From: a virus
Reading direction: 5' to 3' (one strand)
Virus record (IMG/VR): IMGVR_UViG_3300005613_002762
Span: 64,001-128,000 of that record
Length of the DNA: 64,000 nucleotides
Both the position numbers and the translations under genes were made by a program. Shown here in pieces: positions 1 to 9,282 of the stretch (positions within the stretch are counted from its first letter, which is position 1; every line of letters begins with the position of its first letter). Below the pieces are notes generated by a model. The model did not search any database and was not told the origin of the DNA. It saw only the letters and a program-made list of their open reading frames with translations.

Positions 1-416
1 GCGGCTAAATCGTTAGTTAAAGATAACTCAGCAGCAAGTGCACGAGTTTCTTCAGCATCTACGTCAGCGATGCGATTTGCAACCTCAGTTGAAAGGTTAG
101 TTGACAAAGTGTTGTCACCGGCGATACGAGCAGCCACTTCAGTAGAAACTGCCGCAGCACGATTAACAACTTCGCTTGACAAATTAAGAGCAACTGAATC
201 ATCACCAACAACTCTTAATGAAGCTTCGGTAGAAACAGCAGTTGATCTATCAGCAACTTCTTGAGCGACGTTTGTAGACAACGTTCCTAACTCAGAGTCA
301 ACGTTAGTTGAACCATAAGCGATGTCACCAGCAACGATACCCAATGGGGTTGTGATTGATGGACTGGTTAACACCAAGTCCGATTGTAAGTCTAAAACTA
401 TTTTAGTAGTAGCCAT
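1..416 (-). CDS. Putative virion fibre/structural protein, runs off the window start (partial)
   Basis: ATG at 416 (minus) opens MATTKIVLDLQSDLVLTSPSITTPLG..., open to the window edge. Ala/Ser/Thr-rich quasi-repeats (STEVAARIAGD / STEVANRIADVD). Not in the ORF track. Confidence 0.75.
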   Translation of the reverse strand, partial: MATTKIVLDLQSDLVLTSPSITTPLGIVAGDIAYGSTNVDSELGTLSTNVAQEVADRSTAVSTEASLRVVGDDSVALNLSSEVVNRAAAVSTEVAARIAGDNTLSTNLSTEVANRIADVDAEETRALAAELSLTNDLA

Positions 417-645
417 AAAAAAAATTATTTTTTATTTGTTAAAAAGTGTTCTTCACACCTCGACCCCAACTCTTGAGGCGAGTTGGCTGATACATACAAA
501 TATTAACCTGAGTAACCCAATAGATTACTCACTAAATATTTTTATAAATTTAAATAGGAAGATTAATAAGAAATATTAATAATCGCCGAAAATTCGACTT
601 TGATTTACATATAAATATCTCGTAAATTTGAAAAAGACAAACTTT

Positions 646-879
646 TTACAAATTATATAATAAATTTTTCAAATTCTTAATTGAATTTGTATATAAGAGA
701 GGTTCACAAGAACCGGTCTCGTTTAAATAATTATTTACTTCTTGTTGTAATTCTTCCGTTTTGTCAAAAATAAAAACTGCTTTATTTCTTTGCTTTTCAA
801 CTGACATTTTAAATCCTTTCAATTTCAAGTAAGCTCCTAAATAAAGATCACTTGTTGTATATTTTTCTACTTGTTCCAT
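646..879 (-). CDS. Small DUF5659-like protein
   Basis: 77 aa with TSDLYLGAYLKLKGF...AVFIF motif; RTATTTAT motif upstream. Confidence 0.6.
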   Translation of the reverse strand: MEQVEKYTTSDLYLGAYLKLKGFKMSVEKQRNKAVFIFDKTEELQQEVNNYLNETGSCEPLLYTNSIKNLKNLLYNL

Positions 880-946
880 TTTCTTTTTTTTCTTTATATA
901 AATATGTTTAGTTTTTAAGTTATTTAGGTATTATGTTAAATTATTT

Positions 947-1732
947 TTAATAAAATCTATACGAACACGTTATTTTACTTGAGGATGGTGGTGAAATACT
1001 AAATGTTATTGTTTTTCCGTTAATAACATAATCATTATTTTCACCCTGATCTTGTAAAAGACCGTTTAGATATATATGTTCACTACCATTTTTTGGTAAT
1101 TCAGTTAATTCAAATACTTTATTTATCCCATTAATTTCACCAACAGGATATTCGTGATCAATAAAATTAATTTCACTATAAGTTCTATAAGAACAAAGTA
1201 ATTTACTTCCAATTTTTGGTGGATTGTTAAACGTAATTGTTTTTCCACTTATTATATAATCAAGATTAGACCCTCTATCTTGTAAGAGTCCATTATAATA
1301 AATGTGTTCTGAATTTAATTCTGGTGTAAAACGAAGTTGGAATTCTTTATTTACACTATCGATAGAACCCGAAATTAATTCACGATCAATAAATGTTGAT
1401 GAATTAACACCAGGAACTACTAAATTATTCGGTAAATTTTCAAGAACTTCTAATTGTGTGGAACTTAAAAAAAAGATCTCTTCCCAATCACTTAATTCGA
1501 AAGACCAAAAGATATTTTTAAGTTTGAAAAATCGAGAACCTCCGTCGACTCCGACAATCATACCAGGTCTTCGTCTGTCGTAGGGTATTAAATTTAAATC
1601 CGATTCTTCGTCTACATTACGTAATCCATCGATCCCATATAAAGGATCAATAACTGCATAAGTATCTAATGTGTCCATCGGGGAGATGAAGCCCATAATC
1701 CCCACCCCACCGATTTTACTAAAATCGGCCAT
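947..1732 (-). CDS. Putative virion structural protein with two tandem beta-rich repeats
   Basis: Duplicated unit (N)GLLQD.G...DY.I.GKTITF...P...SK..CSYR. Confidence 0.6.
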   Translation of the reverse strand: MADFSKIGGVGIMGFISPMDTLDTYAVIDPLYGIDGLRNVDEESDLNLIPYDRRRPGMIVGVDGGSRFFKLKNIFWSFELSDWEEIFFLSSTQLEVLENLPNNLVVPGVNSSTFIDRELISGSIDSVNKEFQLRFTPELNSEHIYYNGLLQDRGSNLDYIISGKTITFNNPPKIGSKLLCSYRTYSEINFIDHEYPVGEINGINKVFELTELPKNGSEHIYLNGLLQDQGENNDYVINGKTITFSISPPSSSKITCSYRFY

Positions 1733-1758
1733 TTAAATTTCGATATACATATATAATA

Positions 1759-3315
1759 TTATTCACATAACCACACGTCAACTTTCGCAGAAGTCGATAC
1801 ATATGATCTATATATTGAATAAATAGTCGAATTACCTAAATTGTCAATTATATTTATGTCAGGTTTTGTTGTTATTGGAATAACATTACCATTACAACCC
1901 CAATTACTGTTTCTAAATATAGATGGTTGATTACTTGTGGATGGAATTAAAATATAAAAATAACCCGGCCCTGAAGGAATTTCCAAATATAAATTAGTTG
2001 TTTGTGAGGTATCAATTGTCGACAACAACAACTCATCTCCTGAATTAAAGTTTGAATTTACTGATTTTCCAAAATAAATTTTTGGAATAGTCGTTGGTGT
2101 TGATGTAGGTGTTGGTGTTGGGGTCGGTGTTTGAGTAATTGTGGTAGTTGGTGTTGGGGTCGGTGTTTCACTGATTGTTGGTGTCGGAGTTGGGGTTTCA
2201 GTTGATGTTGGTGTTGGGGTATTAGTCGGAGTTGATGTTAGTGTATTAGTTGGTGTTGGTGTAGGTGTTGCCGTTAAAGTATTAGTAGGTGTAACCGTAG
2301 GTGTTGTTGTTGGGGTATTTGTGGGTGTATTTGTAGGTGTTGTTGTCGGAGTATTTGTTGGTGTAACCGTAGGTGTTGGTGTATTTGTTGACGTTGGTGT
2401 TGGTGAAGCCCCTAAACTTGGTGTGACAGTAGGTGTTGGTGTATTTGTTGGTGTTGAAGTTGGCGTGTTTGTTGGAGTATTTGTTGGTGTATTTGTTGGT
2501 GTTGAAGTTGGCGTGTTTGTTGGAGTATTAGTCGGTGTATTTGTTGGGTCTGTAGTTTTAGTTGGTGTCGGAGTTGGTGTGGTTTGTTTTTGTGTCGAAA
2601 TTTTAAAATCAGGAATAATGTTTGAACCTAAAATTTTACTATTTTCTAGTATAACAACATCCTTTAATGAGTCAAAATCCATGTCAAGTCTTGTCTCAAA
2701 TATACCGTTCATGGTTCCTGCGTCAATTAAAATTTCTTTTGGGACAACAATTCTTTCATTTGTTTTCGTTGTTAATATCGCATCAAAGGAAATATATGTG
2801 TTAGTTGTTAGTGGTCTATTATAGGATATTGTTGATTTTAAAATTACAGATCCAGGCATTATCTCCAACATAATTATAACCTCAAATGGTGGTAACGGGG
2901 TAACACAAATATCCCAAGTTGGTGTCGGAGTTGGTGTGACACTAATTGTTGGTGTAGGTGTTGGTGTCTGAGTTGAAGTCGGTGTTGGACTCGGAACTTT
3001 ACAAGGATCAAATGTTGGAGTCGGTGTAACAGTTGAAGTAGGTGTAGGTGTAGGTGTTCTTGTCGGAGTAACTGTTGGTGTAGGTGTCGGTGTTGGTCTA
3101 ACAACATTTAAAAAATAAGGACAATTTGATGAAACAGGTTTAATCGTATATGTTCCGTATATTTCTCTTGGTGGATATAATAAATTAGGTTCAAATAAAA
3201 ATGGTAATGTTATTTCGTCAAAATTTAAAACAACATCATCGTTATCTGGTTTGAATAAGACTTCTGCCAATTCACCATCATAAAAAACACTATTAATTAA
3301 TATATTCTGACTCAT
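1759..3315 (-). CDS. Pro/Thr-rich (mucin-like) putative virion protein
   Basis: 518 aa with two PT/PTN repeat tracts separating globular segments. Confidence 0.75.
   Translation of the reverse strand: MSQNILINSVFYDGELAEVLFKPDNDDVVLNFDEITLPFLFEPNLLYPPREIYGTYTIKPVSSNCPYFLNVVRPTPTPTPTVTPTRTPTPTPTSTVTPTPTFDPCKVPSPTPTSTQTPTPTPTISVTPTPTPTWDICVTPLPPFEVIIMLEIMPGSVILKSTISYNRPLTTNTYISFDAILTTKTNERIVVPKEILIDAGTMNGIFETRLDMDFDSLKDVVILENSKILGSNIIPDFKISTQKQTTPTPTPTKTTDPTNTPTNTPTNTPTSTPTNTPTNTPTNTPTSTPTNTPTPTVTPSLGASPTPTSTNTPTPTVTPTNTPTTTPTNTPTNTPTTTPTVTPTNTLTATPTPTPTNTLTSTPTNTPTPTSTETPTPTPTISETPTPTPTTTITQTPTPTPTPTSTPTTIPKIYFGKSVNSNFNSGDELLLSTIDTSQTTNLYLEIPSGPGYFYILIPSTSNQPSIFRNSNWGCNGNVIPITTKPDINIIDNLGNSTIYSIYRSYVSTSAKVDVWLCE
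2090..2585 (-). repeat. Degenerate codon-level tandem repeat encoding (PTNT/PT)n
   Basis: Repeated gttggtgtattt-type 12-mers on the + strand. Confidence 0.85.
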
Positions 3316-5682
3316 CTATTCATTAATTATTGTATATGTAAAATCATTAGGAAGACAAGACGCCAAATCACAATTTGGACAATCGGGATCGAACATGTAG
3401 TAAGTATCTCTTAATAATTTGAAATTATGTTTCACTTCAGGTGAAGATAGTGGTTCTGTATAAAATCTAAGTTGTTGAATAGCTCCGTCAAAAGTTCCTG
3501 CAAAGTTTTCTTCTATTAGAATATGTGTTTTAAGTTTGTTTAATGTGGTTGCACTTAAAATGTTTTCAGGGAAACATTCCGGATCTTGAAGGTAATCGTC
3601 ACTCTTAAGATGATATTTTCCTGAAAAACTTAAAACATTATTTGGGTTTGAAACCGTAAATGCTGGTGTCGAATTTTTATCTACGATTATACTTCCTGTC
3701 GTATTTGTAAGACCAGTTAAAACGGCAGGATCATTATTACAATCGTTATATACTATATCAGTGACTGATGTCCCTGCAGTATAGTTCCAAATTTTACAGA
3801 AATTTAAAGTTAAATTTTCGTGAAGACCTTGAGTTCCACCACCCCAAGATATATTAAAAGGAACACCAAGTTGTCTTTCCTTATCGGTGTCTAATGCTCT
3901 TGGTATAACTTCTTCAAAATTTTCTATTGTATAAAATATTCGACCATTTATATAAATTTTTAATCGACCCATTCTAAACTTGGTATCGTCTAACCATCTT
4001 TGATTTAATTGGACGATCTCTATTTCGCCAGGAACTTCATAACCATTCGTGTATGGTGGAGCAATTAACGCTTGAGCATTGTTCGCTAAACTTTGTAATA
4101 ACTCAACTCTTGTTATATCATCTAAACCACCAAACCATTTTAGATCGCAATAGTCTAAATACGTATATCGTTCCCAAACAACATTAAGTAAAAACCAACG
4201 CTCAACTCCTAACCATGCAGGATTAACTTCTAAACAGTAAGGATATATTGGTGGAGTGCAAATATCAACAATCGTATAACCAGTGACATATGTCTGACCC
4301 GTTACACAAGAACCTGTTGTTTCACAATCACCTGTGATTTTAATTGCTCGTATACCGATTCCAGGATTTTGTGGATCACCACATAATCTAAATGAAATGT
4401 TGTTTGATAACGCATCAAATTTTGGATCTTTTTCACAAGTGTCTTCCACAGATGAAAAAGTTAATGACGGTGTTGTTGGAGGACATCCACATACATTACA
4501 ACCACAATTAGGACAAGACGAACAACATCCTGCCGTTGGGCTACATTCGATTATTCTTGGATATGTATCACAAGGTGGTGTTGATGTTGGGGTTGGAGTT
4601 GGTGTCGGTGTTGGGATATTAATATCAGAACAATCATGATTAAAACACATCCACCCACAAACTTCACATGGTGGTTTATCACAACCACAACCACAAGTTA
4701 ATTTTTTTTGATCGTCACCATGACATAAATCACAACCATAATTTACGTGAGGATCGTAAACACCACCTTTTGGTCTTGGTGGGTAAACGTATATACATCG
4801 ACTATTCTTAATTGAGTAATCACAACAAGCACAAGTTTCTTCTTTTGTTAATCCTGATGTAACTCTTGTATATCCTGTATCACATTTAGGTGATCCATCA
4901 GCATGGTGATAAAATTTATTTTCAGCTCTTGCCCCCATATAAAAAAATGTATTTTTATTGTTGGGGTATATTTGATTTAAAGTCGTATAACCTGGTGGTG
5001 GAGAAAATTCATCAACAAATCTTGGTTTTAATAACATTTCAACAGACCAACCTTTATTCATTCTTTCAGGTAAAATATCATAATCATATCCAAACAACTT
5101 ATAAAACCCTTGATAAAACCCACCATACAACTCAACGTATCTACCAAAAATAGGACTAACCTTTGATACCATTTGATATGTTGTATATTGAGATATTCCT
5201 GAAAATTTGTTATTGTCGGGAACATTTGTTGTGGGTTGAATAAATTTCATTCTTCTATCGTAATAGAACCTTTTGAATTTTTCACTATCGTCGAATAGTC
5301 CATTTGTGAATACTAAACTATCACCTTTAATTTTTGTCGTTAAACCATTATCAATACCTGTTAAACCAATATCACATGTTGTATTACTAGAAAAACAAAG
5401 TAAATTAAGATCTTTTGGTTGATAAAAATTTTCAGAGATAATAACATTGTTTGGATTATAGGATCCATATGTTAAAGTTAAATTTTGTGTTGTAAGAGGA
5501 CTATTTAAGTTGAGTGATAATGGTAGTCTTTCACCATTATCAATTCCTATTAGAAATGGTGAAAACACAACTTCTTGATTAAAATCAACCTCATCAGAAG
5601 CCAACGACATATCTTGCCCGTCATAAATGACTTGCATTTTTAATTTCTGATAATTATATTGATTTATATTTTGGTAAGCCAT
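3316..5682 (-). CDS. Large Cys-rich putative virion protein with LamG/ConA-like elements
   Basis: 788 aa; WSVEMLLKP, LKIYING and FDGAIQQLRFYTEPLS motifs of LamG-like folds; central Cys-rich/PT insert. Confidence 0.6.
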   Translation of the reverse strand: MAYQNINQYNYQKLKMQVIYDGQDMSLASDEVDFNQEVVFSPFLIGIDNGERLPLSLNLNSPLTTQNLTLTYGSYNPNNVIISENFYQPKDLNLLCFSSNTTCDIGLTGIDNGLTTKIKGDSLVFTNGLFDDSEKFKRFYYDRRMKFIQPTTNVPDNNKFSGISQYTTYQMVSKVSPIFGRYVELYGGFYQGFYKLFGYDYDILPERMNKGWSVEMLLKPRFVDEFSPPPGYTTLNQIYPNNKNTFFYMGARAENKFYHHADGSPKCDTGYTRVTSGLTKEETCACCDYSIKNSRCIYVYPPRPKGGVYDPHVNYGCDLCHGDDQKKLTCGCGCDKPPCEVCGWMCFNHDCSDINIPTPTPTPTPTSTPPCDTYPRIIECSPTAGCCSSCPNCGCNVCGCPPTTPSLTFSSVEDTCEKDPKFDALSNNISFRLCGDPQNPGIGIRAIKITGDCETTGSCVTGQTYVTGYTIVDICTPPIYPYCLEVNPAWLGVERWFLLNVVWERYTYLDYCDLKWFGGLDDITRVELLQSLANNAQALIAPPYTNGYEVPGEIEIVQLNQRWLDDTKFRMGRLKIYINGRIFYTIENFEEVIPRALDTDKERQLGVPFNISWGGGTQGLHENLTLNFCKIWNYTAGTSVTDIVYNDCNNDPAVLTGLTNTTGSIIVDKNSTPAFTVSNPNNVLSFSGKYHLKSDDYLQDPECFPENILSATTLNKLKTHILIEENFAGTFDGAIQQLRFYTEPLSSPEVKHNFKLLRDTYYMFDPDCPNCDLASCLPNDFTYTIINE

Positions 5683-5735
5683 CTGTTTTTATAATAAATA
5701 CCACAGATGAAAGTATTTATTAAGAAAGTTAAATC

Positions 5736-6623
5736 ATGATTAAACTTAACCAAGAATATTTTAACTCACCTTATTATTTTTATTTAAAAGATAAGGGTAG
5801 TAAAATTAATGTATATTACTCTGTATCGGAAACTATTGTCGAATCAAGAAAAAATGATGACGTTGTTGTTATTGATAAAAAAGATTTTGAAGATATCCAA
5901 AAAATGATTTCTAAAATTATGAAATCAGGAAAAAAATTAACAAAAAACCAAGTTCATAAACTTTTAGATTCCAAATCACAATCAACACAAAAACCTGATG
6001 GTGAATTAGGTGAGTTAGTTAATCCTGACGGGTCATTGATGGGGTCAAGTATTCCGATTTTAAATCAAAGAAATTTGGCAAAGAAAACTACAGACCAAAC
6101 GGTTCGTATGACAAAGGCAAATCAATTTCCATTTATTCGTGTTTATTATGGTGAAGGTGAAGAGGTTGATGGTAAATTATTAGATGAGGTTGACCAATCT
6201 GAATCATTTGGTTTTGAAGAAACTGAAGACGCTCCCACATATGATGTTGCGAACAAAATATTAAAAAAGATGGGTGTTGAAGATCCGTTTGAAAGAAATG
6301 AACGGTTAGAAAGATTAGGTTTTGATAGAAAATTAGACAAAGAATTAAAATACGAAAAGAAAAGAGGTGAATGTAAAAATTGTTTTACAAAAAGACGTTT
6401 ATCGGAACTTGAAAAACAAAAAATGGAAAAAATGATTGACGAGATATTATTATCAAAAAAATCAAAAGACAAAGAAGTTGTTAAAAAAACAAAAGAATCT
6501 AATGACGATGATAGTGTTATGTCAAAATTGTTAATTCGAAATATTGAGGCAATTAAAAAATTGGCCGATAGAGAAAACATAAGTATAGATAAGTTAGTTA
6601 AACATTTGAAACAAGGTGAATAG
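5736..6623 (+). CDS. Hypothetical phage protein
   Basis: 295-aa ORF after a GTATTTAT motif. Confidence 0.75.
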   Translation: MIKLNQEYFNSPYYFYLKDKGSKINVYYSVSETIVESRKNDDVVVIDKKDFEDIQKMISKIMKSGKKLTKNQVHKLLDSKSQSTQKPDGELGELVNPDGSLMGSSIPILNQRNLAKKTTDQTVRMTKANQFPFIRVYYGEGEEVDGKLLDEVDQSESFGFEETEDAPTYDVANKILKKMGVEDPFERNERLERLGFDRKLDKELKYEKKRGECKNCFTKRRLSELEKQKMEKMIDEILLSKKSKDKEVVKKTKESNDDDSVMSKLLIRNIEAIKKLADRENISIDKLVKHLKQGE

Positions 6624-7086
6624 TAGTTTATATAATAAAACAATAACATTACCAAAAGAGGTTATGGAATATCTTGAGACTTGTTTCGAGTATATACCAA
6701 ACTCAGATTCAACAATTGAAGGTCATAAACGAAATCAAGAACTGAGAGATTCTGGATACGTCACTTACCAACAATTAGGAAGAATTAAAAATTGGTTTGA
6801 TGAATATGAAGGTGATAAAACTGACGCTCCGTTTATTTTAAATGGTGCTGATTATATGAAAAATTGGGTTGAGTCGACAATACAACAACTAAGAAAAAAT
6901 GACTCATTTTCCAAAGATATGAAAGATGAATTTATGCCAGATCCGATTGATTCAAATTTAGTTAGTGATCTTGGACCATACGCTGATATGATTAGACCTT
7001 CTAAAGACCATAGCACCTTTACACAAGATGTTAGAATCAAAGAAGATTTAGACAGAATAAACCAAATAATTAAACAAATACTTTAA
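6616..7086 (+). CDS. Hypothetical phage protein
   Basis: 156 aa, overlaps the upstream stop; C-terminal IKEDLDRINQII motif. Confidence 0.7.
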   Translation: MNSSLYNKTITLPKEVMEYLETCFEYIPNSDSTIEGHKRNQELRDSGYVTYQQLGRIKNWFDEYEGDKTDAPFILNGADYMKNWVESTIQQLRKNDSFSKDMKDEFMPDPIDSNLVSDLGPYADMIRPSKDHSTFTQDVRIKEDLDRINQIIKQIL

Positions 7087-7088
7087 TT

Positions 7089-7373
7089 ATGCAAACAGAA
7101 AGATTAGATTTTAGTCAACCAGCAAACGACCTTACGGCAATTGCTGACTTACAAAGAAAAAGTTTGATTGTAAAAAATGATTACAAAAACGAAAACCCTT
7201 ATTCATCTACAAATCCTGATGCCATTTCTGATGGTGATGAATTCGGAAAAGGGACAGGTGTATTTTTAGATACAATCAATGGTGGATCTTCTTTAGATGT
7301 TATCGAAAGAAAGAACGAAATAAAAATCAATGAGTATCAACCAGACAAACCTTACACAACACCTTCTGCGTAA
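7089..7373 (+). CDS. Hypothetical phage protein
   Basis: 94 aa, tightly packed in the operon. Confidence 0.7.
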   Translation: MQTERLDFSQPANDLTAIADLQRKSLIVKNDYKNENPYSSTNPDAISDGDEFGKGTGVFLDTINGGSSLDVIERKNEIKINEYQPDKPYTTPSA

Positions 7374-7753
7374 TGAAACTTTACAACACTTTAAACACTC
7401 TTATATTAGAAGTAGCATCAAGAGACCAAGTTTTTGATGCTATTAAAAATAAACGTGTTTGTGTTATTAACTACAATGGTGATGAACCAGGTGGAAAGGG
7501 GTTAAGGGTTATTGAACCGGTTGCGTTTGGTTTAAGTAAAAAAGGAAATGCCGTTTTGAGAGCATGGGATAGAGAAGGAGCTTCACATACCGCATATAAA
7601 GGTGAAAAACCATTACCGGGGTGGAGACTTTTTAGATTGGATAAAATGGATTTCATTAGACCGACTCAAGAAACTTTTGACACACCAAAACCAGACTATA
7701 ACCCAAATGGGGATAAAAGTATGGAAAGAGTTTTTATAAACGCAGTGTTTTAA
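7373..7753 (+). CDS. Stand-alone WYL-domain protein
   Basis: INY...RVIEPVAFG...LRAWD...WRLFRLDKM signature. Confidence 0.8.
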   Translation: MKLYNTLNTLILEVASRDQVFDAIKNKRVCVINYNGDEPGGKGLRVIEPVAFGLSKKGNAVLRAWDREGASHTAYKGEKPLPGWRLFRLDKMDFIRPTQETFDTPKPDYNPNGDKSMERVFINAVF

Positions 7754-7768
7754 ATATTAAAATTAAAT

Positions 7769-8389
7769 ATGAATTCAGAAGCAGAATTATTACAAAAATT
7801 GATGATTTCAAAAAAAATCATGGAAAAACATAACGACATTGGTCGTGGTCAAGCAAGAAATATGACATCACAAGAAAGTTATTCATCACCGATGGTAGAA
7901 TCTTATGAAGCGATTCCAGCAACATATAATTTACCACAAGAGTTTTTAGAGGAACAAAGACCCGTTCAACAAGTTAATAACCAAGTTCCATTAGAAGATA
8001 GAATTTCAAATTCTAAATTACCTGACGATATAAAAAGGTTAATGATGGAACACCCAATTCAACAACCAACTATGGGTATGGGAACAAATGCGGTATTAAG
8101 TAATGAATTGGTTGAAAAAGCGTCTCGATTGATGAATGCTAACGCCAAAGGTGATGTTGTGAACGAATCAAAAACAAGAAGACAAGTTCAATCACAACCA
8201 TCACAACAAACATCTTCATTATCAGCACAACAAATCAAAGATATTGTTAGAGAAACTATGGAAGAAGTATTATCTGAAAATGGTTTATTAGTTGAATCTG
8301 AATCTAAAAGCGGTGAAATGTTTAAGTTTAGAGTAGGACAACATCTATTTGAAGGTAAGGTTCTAAAGGTTAAAAAAATGGCTAAATAA
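7769..8389 (+). CDS. Hypothetical phage protein
   Basis: 206-aa ORF followed by a terminator. Confidence 0.75.
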   Translation: MNSEAELLQKLMISKKIMEKHNDIGRGQARNMTSQESYSSPMVESYEAIPATYNLPQEFLEEQRPVQQVNNQVPLEDRISNSKLPDDIKRLMMEHPIQQPTMGMGTNAVLSNELVEKASRLMNANAKGDVVNESKTRRQVQSQPSQQTSSLSAQQIKDIVRETMEEVLSENGLLVESESKSGEMFKFRVGQHLFEGKVLKVKKMAK

Positions 8390-8414
8390 TACTTTTCAGG
8401 CGAACTCCTAATAT

Positions 8415-8446
8415 TAAACCCACTTCATAAAAGGTGGGTTTTTTTA
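8415..8446 (+). terminator. Intrinsic terminator
   Basis: AAACCCAC-TT...GG-GTGGGTTT hairpin followed by a T-run. Confidence 0.7.
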
Positions 8447-8517
8447 TTGATTATTCTTTTGTTTTTATATTTTTACCTTTTGACACAACCTTTAATATTT
8501 ATAATATAAAGTGTTAT

Positions 8518-9282
8518 ATGCCACCAAAACTAAATCTTAATGAAAATCTTATTATTAATGAATATAATAAAGGGAAAAGTTCTGTAGAAATTGGGGTTAT
8601 GTTGAATGTTTCAAAACCAACAATACTCGCCATTTTAAACAAACATAATCTTGTGAGAAAACGAAATCGATGTAAGTCTTTAAAGATTATTAAAAATAAT
8701 GATAAATACGTCATTATAAGAAAATGTCCAAAATGTGGACTTGATGTTGTTGTATCATCAAATAACTCATCAATTACTTGTAGAAATTATTACAAGTTAA
8801 AAGATTCGGTATGTAAAAAATGTAGTAATGACCAACAAAAAGGGGAATTAAATCCTTTTTTTGGTAAAAAACACACTGACGAAACATTAAAAAAAATATC
8901 TGAAAAAATATCAAAGAATTTTCCAAAACAAGGACCTGTTTCCAATAAAGAAAAAAAACTTTTGACAGAACTGAAAAAATTAAACCAATCCCCAAAGGGA
9001 TCATTTCCTGTTGATAAATATGTATGTGACATTTATATTGAAAAATATAATTTGATTATAGAGTTTAATGGTGATTATTGGCACTGTAACCCATTAATAT
9101 ATCATGGTGATTATTTTCATCCTCATAAAAAAAAGACAGCGAAAAATATTTGGGATGATGATAAGATAAGAGTTGATAAAATAAAAGAATATGGTTATAA
9201 TTTGGAAATAATATGGGAAAGTGATTTTAATGATCTTACCTATTTAAAAAAAATTATAAAAAAATATGAAAGAAAAAATTAA
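8518..9282 (+). CDS. Free-standing homing-endonuclease-like protein (HTH + NUMOD3 + Vsr/DUF559-type nuclease)
   Basis: GELNPFFGKKHTDETLKKIS (NUMOD3), CPKC...CKKC, DIYIEKYNLIIEFNGDYWH; ATG at 8518 after ATATTTAT. Confidence 0.8.
   Translation: MPPKLNLNENLIINEYNKGKSSVEIGVMLNVSKPTILAILNKHNLVRKRNRCKSLKIIKNNDKYVIIRKCPKCGLDVVVSSNNSSITCRNYYKLKDSVCKKCSNDQQKGELNPFFGKKHTDETLKKISEKISKNFPKQGPVSNKEKKLLTELKKLNQSPKGSFPVDKYVCDIYIEKYNLIIEFNGDYWHCNPLIYHGDYFHPHKKKTAKNIWDDDKIRVDKIKEYGYNLEIIWESDFNDLTYLKKIIKKYERKN

Noticed and set aside
70-579. Plus-strand ORFs 70-264 and 322-579
   Set aside because: Antisense shadows of the minus-strand gene starting at 416 and of its leader
2141-2824. 227-aa Val/Gly-repeat ORF on the + strand
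   Set aside because: Reverse-strand read-out of the Pro/Thr repeat
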